A stretch of 63,965 nucleotides of DNA, counting the filler. It is 4 parts of 4 records of this genome, joined end to end, with 100 filler letters (N's around TTAATTAATTAA, not from the genome) between each part and the next. Parts side by side here need not be neighbours in the genome. Positions count along the whole stretch, not along the records: positions 39,692 to 56,404 come from DRR378314_1773; positions 56,505 to 63,965 come from DRR378314_1814; 2 more parts are not named here. The stretch is one strand, 5' to 3'. Both the position numbers and the translations under genes were made by a program. Positions 51,114 through 60,802 of the stretch are shown piece after piece (positions within the stretch are counted from its first letter, which is position 1; each line of letters begins with the position of its first letter). The notes below the pieces were generated by a model. It was not told the origin of the DNA, did no database searches, and saw only the letters and a program-made list of their open reading frames with translations.

Positions 51114-51147
51114 GTATATTCAGCCGCGACTCGGACGAAAGAGACCC

Positions 51148-51615
51148 ATGTCAGACGATATCAGCACCCGATTAGGACGCCTCAGCCCTGAGATTCAGGC
51201 GATGATGGGAGTCTATGCGCTCTATTGGAAACTGGAAGAAAGCTTTAATTGCATCGAAACAGACCTGAGCCATCAGGAATGTCATATGCTGATCAAGTTG
51301 GACGTGCCCAAACGCATGGGGGTGCTGGCTGCGGATATGTTGACTTTGCCGTCGACGATTACTGCAACCGCTGACGCGCTGGAACGATCGGGCCATCTGA
51401 CCCGCCAACGCGACCCCGAAGACCGCCGCGCCTGGCTTCTGATTTTGACCGAACATGGCGAAGAGGCACGCAACATGCTGGTTGCCGTGGCTGGAGAGCT
51501 GTTTCGCAGCGCCTCTGGCCTGAACAGTGAAGAAACTGCCGAGTTTGCCCGTCTGGCCTGCAAAATACGCGAAAACATTCTGAAAACAGGAATTCCCGAG
51601 GGATTGAAGAAATGA
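51148..51615 (+). CDS. MarR-family transcriptional regulator
   Basis: LA......STIT...D.LE..G.L.R..DP.DRRA....LT..G winged helix. ATG at 51148. Confidence 0.92.
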   Translation: MSDDISTRLGRLSPEIQAMMGVYALYWKLEESFNCIETDLSHQECHMLIKLDVPKRMGVLAADMLTLPSTITATADALERSGHLTRQRDPEDRRAWLLILTEHGEEARNMLVAVAGELFRSASGLNSEETAEFARLACKIRENILKTGIPEGLKK

Positions 51616-52649
51616 AACTCCTGACCTCTCTGAGCCTCGCACTAGCTGTTTTGGCAGCGCCATCGTTTGCGCAAGAAACAGCAAAGCCTGTCAAGTTGAT
51701 GCAGGTCAGCGAAACCGCACCTGGCTTTTCACGCCAGTTTTTTGGCCGTGTCGCGGCACGCCAAACGGTTGATCTGGCGTTTCAAGTTGCGGGGCAAATC
51801 GTCGAAATGCCGGTGAGCGAAGGTTTTGTTATCCCCAAAGGCGAACTGATTGCCCGTCTCGATCAGGAACCATTCGAGCTGCAGCGCGATCGCACCCGGT
51901 TACAGAGAGATCAGGCGGACCGAACCCTTGCCCGCCTGTCGCGCCTGCGCGGTACGGCAGCCAGCCAAGTGGCCGTTGACGACGCCGAAACTGCAGCACA
52001 ACTGGCCGCAATTGAAGAGCGCGACGCTGAATATGCATTGGAACACGCAACCCTGACCGCGCCTTTCGATGCGCTGGTCTCAAGCCGCGCGGTTGAGGCA
52101 TATACCACCGTCTCGGCTGGTACTCCAATCGTTCGCATTCATGACATGTCCGAGCTACGGATCGAAGTCGATGTGCCCGAAATCCTGTTTCAGCGTTCAG
52201 GACAGCAGGATGATATCACGATCACGGCCAAGTTCCCGGTCAGCGATGAAATATTTCCGCTGGAGATACGAGAATTCGATGCCGAATCCTCTAGCGTAGG
52301 TCAGACCTTCCGCATCCAATTCGGTTTGACACCGCCGGAAGGGCTGCAGATCCTGCCTGGTTCATCCGTAACCGTGACGGTTCAGGTGCAGGACGAGCGT
52401 ACTGGGATCATAATTCCACCGACGGCTATTGTCGCCGATGCAAGCGGAGCACTTGGTGTGCTGATCTATTCTCCGGTTGGGGCGGACGAAGGTACCGTCC
52501 GCCGTGTACCCGTAACCATTGAACCCACGCAGAGCGGTGATGTTCGGGTGCTTACTGGCCTGTCGGATGGCGATGAAATTGTCGTGGCTGGAGGTGGCGC
52601 GCTCGGCGACGGTCAGACTGTCCGTCGCTTTGTCGGCTTCTCGAATTGA
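51612..52649 (+). CDS. RND efflux periplasmic adaptor (MFP)
   Basis: Signal peptide, LAFQV.G.I....V.EG, L.APFD, GL..GD.IV.AG. Confidence 0.93.
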   Translation: MKLLTSLSLALAVLAAPSFAQETAKPVKLMQVSETAPGFSRQFFGRVAARQTVDLAFQVAGQIVEMPVSEGFVIPKGELIARLDQEPFELQRDRTRLQRDQADRTLARLSRLRGTAASQVAVDDAETAAQLAAIEERDAEYALEHATLTAPFDALVSSRAVEAYTTVSAGTPIVRIHDMSELRIEVDVPEILFQRSGQQDDITITAKFPVSDEIFPLEIREFDAESSSVGQTFRIQFGLTPPEGLQILPGSSVTVTVQVQDERTGIIIPPTAIVADASGALGVLIYSPVGADEGTVRRVPVTIEPTQSGDVRVLTGLSDGDEIVVAGGGALGDGQTVRRFVGFSN

Positions 52650-52659
52650 GGGCTGTTTG

Positions 52660-55600
52660 ATGAGCATCGCACGCGCTTCGATCGACCGGCCACTGTATAC
52701 GTGGCTGTTCATTCTGATCGCCCTGTTCGGAGGCATCTGGGGCTTCCTGTCGCTGGGCCGTCTTGAAGATCCGGCATTCACAATCAAACAAGCGGTTATC
52801 GCCACACAGTATCCCGGTGCGACTGCCGAGCAGGTGGCGTTGGAGGTTTCCGAGCCGTTGGAATCTGCCATTCAGCAGATGGGCGAGGTAGATGTCATCA
52901 CCTCGGTCAACCAACCCGGCCAGTCGCTGATCGAGGTCGAGATCAAATCAACATATGACGGCAGTGAGTTGCCCGATATATGGACCCGCCTGCGCGCCAA
53001 GGTGCGCGATGCGGCACGCGGTCTACCGTCGGGTGTTGGCGCTCCGTATGTGAATGACGGGTTCGGGGATGTGTTCGGCCTGTTCTATGCGGTAACGGCA
53101 GACGGGTTTTCCGACGCAGAGAAGCACGAGTTGGCAACTTTCCTGCGCCGCGAATTGTTGACAGTCAGCGGCGTTGCCGATGTTGAGGTTCAGGGTCTGC
53201 CGGACGAGGCGATTTTCATCGAACCTGACCTGTCGATCTCGGTCAATCAGAACGTCCCGCTGCAGGCGATCAACGAAGCTATTGCAAATGCGGATTCGGT
53301 CAACGCCTCAGGCTCGCTGAGGTCCGAGAGTGACCGGACGACGATCCTGACGGCGGAGGGGTCGGACAGTGTATCTGCGATCGCCGGACTTTCGGTCGGG
53401 TCGCAAGGGCAGGTGATAAACCTGTTCGACATGTCTGACGTCTATCGGGGGAGGCAAAACGATCCCGATATCATGATCCGTTTCAATGGCACCGAAGCGT
53501 TCACGCTGGGCATTGCCGGACTGGCCACCGAAAACATCGTTGAAGTCGGTCAGCGTGCAGATGCAAAACTGGCCGAGCTGGATTCCGAGATCCCATATGG
53601 TGTCGAAATCCTGCCCATTTATCAGCAGCATGTTGTTGTCGATGAGGCCTCGAACGCCTTCCTGCTGAACCTTGCCATGTCAGTCAGCATCGTGGTCGCG
53701 GTTTTGGGTATCTTCATGGGATGGCGCGCGGCCATCGTCGTCGGCTCAACCCTTTTGCTAACGGTGGTGGGTACGCTGCTTTTCATGTCGGTCTTCTCGA
53801 TCGAGATGGAGCGGATTTCGCTTGGCGCCTTGATCATCGCCATGGGGATGCTGGTCGATAACGCCATCGTTGTGGCTGAAGGGATGCAGATCTCGATGTT
53901 GCGGGGCAAAACCTCGCGTGATGCGGCGGAAGAGGTCGCGTCGAAAACGCAAATCCCGCTGCTGGGCGCGACGGTGATCGGGATCATGGCCTTCGCCGGG
54001 ATCGGGCTCAGCCCCGATGCGACTGGGGAGTTCTTGTTCTCATTATTCGCAGTGATCGGCATCTCACTGCTGCTAAGCTGGGTTCTGGCGATCACGGTCA
54101 CTCCGATGCTGGGGCACTATTTCTTCAAGCAGGGCAAAGAGGGTGAGATTGACGCCTATAGCGGTGTTCTATTCCGTGTCTATGGCGCAATCCTGAATTG
54201 GGCTCTGCGTTTCCGGTGGCTGGTGGTTGCCGGGTTGATTGGGGTCACGGTCGTCTGTTTTGCGGGTTTTGGGCTGATGAAACAGCAGTTTTTCCCTAAC
54301 TCGAACACGCCGTTGTTCTTTGTGCATTACAAACTGCCACAAGGCACACCGATTGCCCGTACCGCCGAAGACATGGCCGTGTTCGAAAACTGGTTGGCCG
54401 AGCGTGATGACGTCGTCTCAGTCACCACATTCGTGGGGCAGGGGGCAACGCGCTTTATGCTGACCTATGCCGCTGAGAAACCAAACCCAAGCTACGGTCA
54501 TATGATCATCCGCACCGAAACGCTGGACGATATCCCCACCCTGCAGGCCGATCTTGAGGCGTTTGGCTCGGTCCAATTCCCCGAGGGTGAGTTCCGCACC
54601 AAGCGCCTGATCTTTGGCCCCGGAGGAGGCGACCCGATCCAGGCCAGATTCTCAGGCAGTGATCCGGTTGTTCTGCGGCAACTGGCCGAGGAAGCCGTAC
54701 AGCGGATGTCAGACGCATCCCAGAACGCGCTGCATGTGCATCACGACTGGCGCGAACAAGAATTGGCTGTGCAGCCGATCTATGCCACAGAACGCGCCCA
54801 GACTGCGGGTGTAACGCGCGAAGATATCGCGGCCACGCTGCAGTTTTCGACCGACGGCATCACGGGCGGTGTCTTGCGCGAGCGCGATCGCCAGATTCCG
54901 ATCATCCTGCGCCGTCCGGCTGATGGGGATTATTCAATCGTCGATCAGGTGGTCTATTCAGATCAATCCGAGCGCTTTGTCCCGGTCGAACAGATGGTGG
55001 ACGGGTTCGAATACAAGGCGCTCAATACGCTGGTACACCGGCGCGACCGGGTGCTGACCATCACGGTCGGGACAGATATTCCATCTGACTTGACTGCCGC
55101 ACAGGTGCATTCCGAGGTGCGCAACGCGATTGAAGAGATGGCATTGCCCATCGGCTACAGCATGGAATGGGGCGGTGAATTCGAGGATTCGGGTGACGCG
55201 CAGGCAAGCTTAGGACGGCAATTACCGCTGAGCCTGCTGATCATGGTGTTGATCTCGGTGCTGCTGTTCAACGCAATACGGCAGCCCGTTATCATCTGGC
55301 TGTTGGTCCCAATGTCTGTGAATGGCGTCGTTATAGGCCTGCTTGGGACGGGTTTGCCGTTTACCTTCACAGCGCTGCTGGGCCTGCTGAGCCTGTCAGG
55401 CATGTTGATCAAGAACGGCATTGTACTGGTCGAGGAGATCGATCTTGTCCGCGCCACTGGCAAAGCCTTGCGCCCAGCCATCGTCGAGGCGTCGGTCTCA
55501 CGTTTGCGCCCGGTGATGCTGGCGGCGATCACGACCATTCTGGGGATGGCTCCGCTGCTGACGGACGCATTTTTTGTGTCGATGGCTGTCACCATCATGG

Positions 55601-55701
55601 GCGGTCTGGCGTTTGCTACGATCCTGACAATGGTCGCGGCCCCGGTCTTCTACATGCTGTTTTTCAACCGACACGAAAAACGAAACCTGGTCGCAAACTA
55701 A
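52660..55701 (+). CDS. RND efflux permease (AcrB/AcrD/AcrF family)
   Basis: EDPAFTIK, GMLVDNAIVV.E, GMLIKNGIVL, RLRPV.L...TTILG. ATG at 52660 rather than 52519. Confidence 0.96.
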   Translation: MSIARASIDRPLYTWLFILIALFGGIWGFLSLGRLEDPAFTIKQAVIATQYPGATAEQVALEVSEPLESAIQQMGEVDVITSVNQPGQSLIEVEIKSTYDGSELPDIWTRLRAKVRDAARGLPSGVGAPYVNDGFGDVFGLFYAVTADGFSDAEKHELATFLRRELLTVSGVADVEVQGLPDEAIFIEPDLSISVNQNVPLQAINEAIANADSVNASGSLRSESDRTTILTAEGSDSVSAIAGLSVGSQGQVINLFDMSDVYRGRQNDPDIMIRFNGTEAFTLGIAGLATENIVEVGQRADAKLAELDSEIPYGVEILPIYQQHVVVDEASNAFLLNLAMSVSIVVAVLGIFMGWRAAIVVGSTLLLTVVGTLLFMSVFSIEMERISLGALIIAMGMLVDNAIVVAEGMQISMLRGKTSRDAAEEVASKTQIPLLGATVIGIMAFAGIGLSPDATGEFLFSLFAVIGISLLLSWVLAITVTPMLGHYFFKQGKEGEIDAYSGVLFRVYGAILNWALRFRWLVVAGLIGVTVVCFAGFGLMKQQFFPNSNTPLFFVHYKLPQGTPIARTAEDMAVFENWLAERDDVVSVTTFVGQGATRFMLTYAAEKPNPSYGHMIIRTETLDDIPTLQADLEAFGSVQFPEGEFRTKRLIFGPGGGDPIQARFSGSDPVVLRQLAEEAVQRMSDASQNALHVHHDWREQELAVQPIYATERAQTAGVTREDIAATLQFSTDGITGGVLRERDRQIPIILRRPADGDYSIVDQVVYSDQSERFVPVEQMVDGFEYKALNTLVHRRDRVLTITVGTDIPSDLTAAQVHSEVRNAIEEMALPIGYSMEWGGEFEDSGDAQASLGRQLPLSLLIMVLISVLLFNAIRQPVIIWLLVPMSVNGVVIGLLGTGLPFTFTALLGLLSLSGMLIKNGIVLVEEIDLVRATGKALRPAIVEASVSRLRPVMLAAITTILGMAPLLTDAFFVSMAVTIMGGLAFATILTMVAAPVFYMLFFNRHEKRNLVAN

Positions 55702-55721
55702 TCCGCGCGCGGGCGGCAAAC

Positions 55722-56132
55722 TTAGCCGCCCGCATCGCTCGCGGGATCATAGTGGTAATAAAAGCAGGACAGCTTGTTGCCATCTGGATCACGCAGATAG
55801 GCCACATAGAAACACGGCTCATAGTGGGGTCGAACACCTGGCTTTCCTTCATCGGTGCCGCCGTTTTCCAGACCCGTGGCGTGAAACTGTCGGACCTGAT
55901 CGGCGTTTTGTGCGGGAAAGGCGATCATCGTGCCGTTGCCGGTACTGGCGGGTGCCCCATCGGATGGCCTGCAGACCCAAAAGCCGGTTCCATTGTCTGG
56001 GTCGGTGCCCCATCCGGCCCATCCGTCGATCCATCCGGGCAGGCGTGGCTGCTCAAGCACCGCAAAGATCGCATCATAAAAGCGAATAGCCCGCGGCAGA
56101 TCGTTGGTTCCGTAGGTGGTATAGAGATTCAT
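55722..56132 (-). CDS. VOC/glyoxalase family protein
   Basis: GTNDL.RA.RFYD, GNGTMIAF, GG.DEG.PG.R, AY.RDPDGNK. Confidence 0.92.
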   Translation of the reverse strand: MNLYTTYGTNDLPRAIRFYDAIFAVLEQPRLPGWIDGWAGWGTDPDNGTGFWVCRPSDGAPASTGNGTMIAFPAQNADQVRQFHATGLENGGTDEGKPGVRPHYEPCFYVAYLRDPDGNKLSCFYYHYDPASDAGG

Positions 56133-56176
56133 AGAATGCCCTCCTGCCATCACAATGCGAGTGTCTGGCGTAGAGG

Positions 56177-56206
56177 AAAAGAAAAAACCCCAGCCGAGGC
56201 CGGGGT
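56177..56206 (-). terminator. Rho-independent terminator of carB
   Basis: Minus strand ACCCCGGC-CTCG-GCTGGGGT followed by TTTTTCTTTT. Confidence 0.75.
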
Positions 56207-56232
56207 CTATTCATACGTTTCGGTGCCGGATT

Positions 56233-56403
56233 TTAGCCTTGCAGCGATTTCACCTCAATATCGCCTTCCGCTTGCGCCTTGATTGCAAGTGCGGCGGCGT
56301 TTGATCCGGCCGCTGTGGTGAAATATGGGATCTTGTCATACAGCGCGATGGATCGGATGGCTTTGCTGTCTTCAACCGCCTGCGCGCCTTCGGTGGTGTT
56401 CAT
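56233..56403 (-). CDS. carB: Carbamoyl-phosphate synthase large subunit, C-terminal fragment (not in the ORF track)
   Basis: Manual translation MNTTEGAQAVEDSKAIRSIALYDKIPYFTTAAG...VKSLQG* matches the end of the CarB MGS domain. Confidence 0.9.
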   Translation of the reverse strand: MNTTEGAQAVEDSKAIRSIALYDKIPYFTTAAGSNAAALAIKAQAEGDIEVKSLQG

Positions 56404-56404
56404 C

Positions 56405-56504
56405 NNNNNNNNNNNNNNNNNNNNNNNNNNNNNNNNNNNNNNNNNNNNTTAATTAATTAANNNNNNNNNNNNNNNNNNNNNNNNNNNNNNNNNNNNNNNN
56501 NNNN
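56405..56504. other. Artificial contig spacer
   Basis: N44-TTAATTAATTAA-N44. Confidence 0.97.
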
Positions 56505-57521
56505 GAAGCGCGCTTCACGACCGTCAATCATCTGCGGCAAGGCGGTTTCCAACGCACGGCTGGCCGCTTGACGCCCTGCACGGTCACCATCAAAGCAAAA
56601 CACCACACGGCTGACTAAACGAAATAGTCGGCTTAGGTGGTCTTCTGTTGTAGCCGTCCCTAAGGTTGCGACAGCGTTGTTGATACCGTACTGCGCCAGC
56701 GCCACGACATCCATGTAACCTTCAACGATGACGAGCTGCTCAAGCTTGCTTGACGCTTGGCGAGCCTCATACAAGCCGTACAGCTCACGCCCTTTGTGAA
56801 AGACAGGCGTTTCGGGCGAATTCAGATACTTAGGCTGCTCATCACCCATTACCCGACCGCCAAACGCGATGGTACGCCCCCTTAAATCCCGAATGGGAAA
56901 CATCACTCGATCGCGAAAGCGGTCATACGTCCGCCCTGTGTCTTCACGGTGAATTAGCAAGCCATACTCTACTTGTACAGGCTCACCAATACCTCGCGCA
57001 CTCAAGTGCTGCTTCAGGGCTTCCCACCCACCAGGCGCATAGCCAATACCATAAGTACTGACAACATCTGGCGATAACCCACGTCCTTGCAGATAACGCT
57101 GCGCTCCCTGCCCTTCCTGCATTTTTAGCCGTTCTCGATAAAAACTGGCAGCAAGTTCAAGAAGATTAACGCCCTCTTTGCGCTTTTTTTCGCGTTGCTG
57201 GGCGCGCGGATCATCGGCACCCTCACGAGGAACATCCAGCCCTAAACGACTAGCCAACTGCTCAACCGCATCGGGAAAGGGTAGTTTGTCGTATTCCATT
57301 AGAAAGCGTAGCGCATTACCGTGGGCACCACACCCAAAGCAGTGATAAAACTGTTTATCAGCGCTAACCGTAAACGATGGGGTTTTCTCTTGATGGAAAG
57401 GACATAGCCCAGAATAGTTACGCCCGGCCTTTTTAAGCTGCACACGCTCACCAACCACCTCGACCACATCAACGCGGCCTAACAGGTCATCGATAAAACG
57501 TTGTGGAATTTGGCCTGCCAT
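56505..57521 (-). CDS. dnaG: DNA primase, 3' partial (contig end)
   Basis: CPFH..K.PSF..YHCFGC Zn finger, KYLNSPET, EGYMDV, FDGD.AG TOPRIM. Confidence 0.97.
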
Positions 57522-57614
57522 GAACTGCGGGCATCCTCGCGCAAAGCGCTAGTTCGCTTGCCTAGAGTCATCAAGCAAATTGCCAGATCACCATAAACAG
57601 CGATGAAACAAAAC

Positions 57615-57644
57615 AAAAAACAAACGGCCACCTAGTGGCGGCCG
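57615..57644 (-). terminator. Terminator between rpsU and dnaG
   Basis: Minus strand CGGCCGCC-ACTA-GGTGGCCG-TTTGTTTTTT. Confidence 0.7.
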
Positions 57645-57699
57645 CTTGACATCCCTCTTGAGATGGCCAGCTAACTGCTCCGGCCCCCTCGGGTACGGA

Positions 57700-57915
57700 T
57701 CAATAGAGCCGTTCGAAACGCTTTTGCTCACGCTGAATTTTCTTGGCGTGGCGTTTTACGGCAGCTGCCGCTTTGCGTTTACGCTCAGCAGTCGGCTTCT
57801 CATAGTGCTCGCGGCGGCGTACTTCAGAAAGAACACCGGCTTTTTCGCAAGAACGCTTGAAGCGACGCAGGGCGACGTCAAACGGCTCGTTATCACGTAC
57901 TTTTACAGAAGGCAT
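57700..57915 (-). CDS. rpsU: 30S ribosomal protein S21
   Basis: [42 protein letters not shown]. Confidence 0.99.
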   Translation of the reverse strand: MPSVKVRDNEPFDVALRRFKRSCEKAGVLSEVRRREHYEKPTAERKRKAAAAVKRHAKKIQREQKRFERLY

Positions 57916-58135
57916 TAAGCACTCACCTACCTTAAGGAGTCTTGAGTTCGGATAGTACGTACACTTTTAGAATACAGTGTACGACCCAGTTTTACAGCGC
58001 ACAGTAGTCTAGTCGTGGTTGGCGATCTTTGCAAATGCTTACGCGCCTTAAGCATGAGAATGCTAAACTAGGCGACTGATTAGCAGCACTGGTTTCTAAC
58101 CTGCAACTTTTTAACTTACAACGAGTTCTTCAGCT

Positions 58136-59176
58136 ATGCGCGTACTGGGCATTGAAACGTCTTGCGATGAAACGGGCGTCGCGATTTATGATACTTCGCA
58201 CACTGGAGGCCGCGGCCTGCTCGCCGACGCGCTGTATAGTCAAATTGCCATGCATGCCGAGTATGGCGGCGTGGTGCCTGAACTCGCTTCTCGCGACCAT
58301 ACGCGCAAACTGTTGCCACTGATCGAGCAAGTATTGCACGACGCCAAGCTGACGCGTAACGAGCTAGACGGCATTGCCTACACTGCTGGCCCGGGGTTAG
58401 TCGGCGCGCTCATGGTGGGTGCCAGCACAGCGCATGGTATGGCACGTGCGTTGAACATCCCCGTACTTGGCGTACACCACATGGAAGGCCACCTGTTAGC
58501 CCCTATGCTGGAAGATGACGCTCCTGACTTCCCTTTCGTAGCCTTGCTGGTCTCTGGCGGACACACTCAACTTGTCGAAGTACAGTCTCTAGGACACTAC
58601 CAGTTACTTGGGGAATCCGTTGATGATGCTGCAGGTGAGGCCTTCGACAAAGCGGCTAAAATGCTCGGACTCCCCTACCCCGGTGGCCCTCACGTTGCAA
58701 AACTTGCTGAACAGGGCAACCCAAAACGCTTCCGCTTCCCACGGCCAATGACCGACCGCCCTGGCCTAGACTTCAGTTTCTCCGGCTTGAAAACCCACAC
58801 GCTGACCGCTATTCGCCAATTAGAAGCTGCTGGCGAGTTAGACACCCAGGCCAAGGCTGATGTGGCGAGAGCATTTGAAGAAGCCGTAGTGGACACCCTG
58901 GTTATCAAATGTCGCCGCGCACTGGATCAAACCGGATTGAAGCGCTTAGTGGTGGCAGGTGGCGTTAGTGCCAATCAACGCCTGCGCGAACGCCTCGCGG
59001 TTGAAACAGAGAAACGCAACGCGCGATCTTACTACCCTCGCGGGCGCTTCTGCACCGACAATGGCGCGATGATTGCTTATGTCGGCGCCCAACGACTGGC
59101 GGCGGGTGAGCATGATGACAACGGCATTATGAAGGCTACACCGCGCTGGCCATTGGACACGTTAACGCCTACTTAA
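58136..59176 (+). CDS. tsaD: tRNA N6-threonylcarbamoyltransferase TsaD
   Basis: [50 protein letters not shown]. Confidence 0.98.
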   Translation: MRVLGIETSCDETGVAIYDTSHTGGRGLLADALYSQIAMHAEYGGVVPELASRDHTRKLLPLIEQVLHDAKLTRNELDGIAYTAGPGLVGALMVGASTAHGMARALNIPVLGVHHMEGHLLAPMLEDDAPDFPFVALLVSGGHTQLVEVQSLGHYQLLGESVDDAAGEAFDKAAKMLGLPYPGGPHVAKLAEQGNPKRFRFPRPMTDRPGLDFSFSGLKTHTLTAIRQLEAAGELDTQAKADVARAFEEAVVDTLVIKCRRALDQTGLKRLVVAGGVSANQRLRERLAVETEKRNARSYYPRGRFCTDNGAMIAYVGAQRLAAGEHDDNGIMKATPRWPLDTLTPT

Positions 59177-59208
59177 CACCTCTAGCTCCTACACCTATAG
59201 CCCCTTGC

Positions 59209-59790
59209 CTAGCCGCGGAGATGCGGCTCTTCTCCGCGGCGCAGGCGGCGAATATTCAACCCGTGACGGGCAAGCACCAGCAGGCTAAACCCACTCACAA
59301 CCACAACATAGTCAGGTGCTAGCCAAGCGCAGGCCAGCGGTGCGACGAATGCACTAACAAGCGATGCTGCCGCTGCCATGCGTAGCCGCCAAGCCAGCAG
59401 CATCCAGCACACCGCACTAAGCAGCGCCACGCTGGGTACCAATATCAGCAGCACGCCAAACGCACTGGCAACCGATTTACCACCGCGAAACCTATGCCAT
59501 AGTGGATAGCTGTGGCCCAGCAGAACAGCAAATCCAACCGCCCCTTGCAACCAAACAGGCAGCCCTAACAATTTGGCTGCCAGCACTGCAGGCGCCCCTT
59601 TTAAGGCATCTAGCAAAAGCGTGGCGACGGCTAAACGAGGCCCGTAAAGGCGTAGCACGTTCGAAAACCCAGGGTTACACGAACCGCAATATCGCGGATC
59701 AGGAACACCTGCTAGCCGGCATACGCTCAGCGCCGCTAACCAGCTTCCGCTCAAGTAGCCCACCACCATCCATATCACTCCGCCCACCAT
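59209..59790 (-). CDS. plsY: Glycerol-3-phosphate acyltransferase PlsY
   Basis: DPR..GS.NPG..NV.R, D.LKG, GH.YP....F.GGK.VA, RH..NI.RL..GEE; synteny with tsaD and folB. Confidence 0.9.
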   Translation of the reverse strand: MVGGVIWMVVGYLSGSWLAALSVCRLAGVPDPRYCGSCNPGFSNVLRLYGPRLAVATLLLDALKGAPAVLAAKLLGLPVWLQGAVGFAVLLGHSYPLWHRFRGGKSVASAFGVLLILVPSVALLSAVCWMLLAWRLRMAAAASLVSAFVAPLACAWLAPDYVVVVSGFSLLVLARHGLNIRRLRRGEEPHLRG

Positions 59791-59883
59791 CTTGACTCCT
59801 ACCCAGCGTTAGATCGTACCTAGCTGTCGTTTCGCGCTATCCTCAAGTACAATCCCCCGCTTGTTGACGCTAGAGGAATAGCT

Positions 59884-60240
59884 GTGGATCGCATTTTGAT
59901 CGAAGCGCTGGCAGTAGATACCGTCATCGGTGTGTACGACTGGGAGCGCACTATTGTTCAGTCTTTGAGCTTGGACTTATCGCTCGCAACGGATATTCGT
60001 CCCGCCGCTGCTGCAGATGATTTGAGCCTGACGCTTGATTATGCAGCCATTTGCCAGCGAATTCAGCGCTTTGCTGGCGAGCACCAATTTGCTCTCGTCG
60101 AGACATTTGCCGAGCGCCTAGCTGAGTGCTTACAGCAGGAGTTTTCCATTATCTGGCTGCGCCTTACCGTACGCAAACCGGGGGCCGTTCCACAAGCCGC
60201 TAGCGTCGGTCTTGAAATCACCCGCGGCACGCTTCCATGA
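59884..60240 (+). CDS. folB: Dihydroneopterin aldolase
   Basis: IGVYDWER...Q.L.LDL, LDYA, LVETFAE, KPGAV..A..VG.EI.R. Confidence 0.95.
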   Translation: MDRILIEALAVDTVIGVYDWERTIVQSLSLDLSLATDIRPAAAADDLSLTLDYAAICQRIQRFAGEHQFALVETFAERLAECLQQEFSIIWLRLTVRKPGAVPQAASVGLEITRGTLP

Positions 60241-60782
60241 GCTTGGTTACTCTCAGTTTAGGCAGCAATATCGATCCGGACACTCATATCCGCCTGTGCC
60301 TAGATGCGCTCGAAGACACGTTTGGCCCCCTTCAAATATCGCGCATATTTGAAAGCGAGCCGGTAGGATTTAGCGATAATCGCAACTTTTACAACCTTGT
60401 GGTTGCCTTTGATAGCGATTGGTCGGTGGGCGAGCTTCAGGCGTGGTCTAAGCAACTCGAAATTGCCCATGGCCGCACTCCCGATATGCTTAAGTGTAGT
60501 CCTCGAGCACTGGATATTGACCTGCTCGCAGTAGGCGGTATTTGCGGCACTGTTGACGGTGTTGCCCTGCCCCGAGGGGAAATCACGCACAATGCCTTCG
60601 TTCTACAGCCGCTAGCCGAACTGCTACCCGATCAGTATCACCCTATTTATGGCTTGTCTTACGCTGCGCTATGGCAGCGCTTTGAACTGGGGAGTCAACG
60701 CTTATGGGCCATCGACTTTCATTGGCGTGGGCGCTGGGTTTCCCAGGCAGACTCTGTGCCAAAGGCGGTGTCCGCTCGCTGA
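60237..60782 (+). CDS. folK: 2-amino-4-hydroxy-6-hydroxymethyldihydropteridine diphosphokinase
   Basis: SLGSNI, F.NLVV, E..HGR, R.LDIDLL, AFVL.PLAE. Confidence 0.93.
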   Translation: MSLVTLSLGSNIDPDTHIRLCLDALEDTFGPLQISRIFESEPVGFSDNRNFYNLVVAFDSDWSVGELQAWSKQLEIAHGRTPDMLKCSPRALDIDLLAVGGICGTVDGVALPRGEITHNAFVLQPLAELLPDQYHPIYGLSYAALWQRFELGSQRLWAIDFHWRGRWVSQADSVPKAVSAR

Positions 60783-60802
60783 GCAAAGCCTATAACCAGC
60801 CC

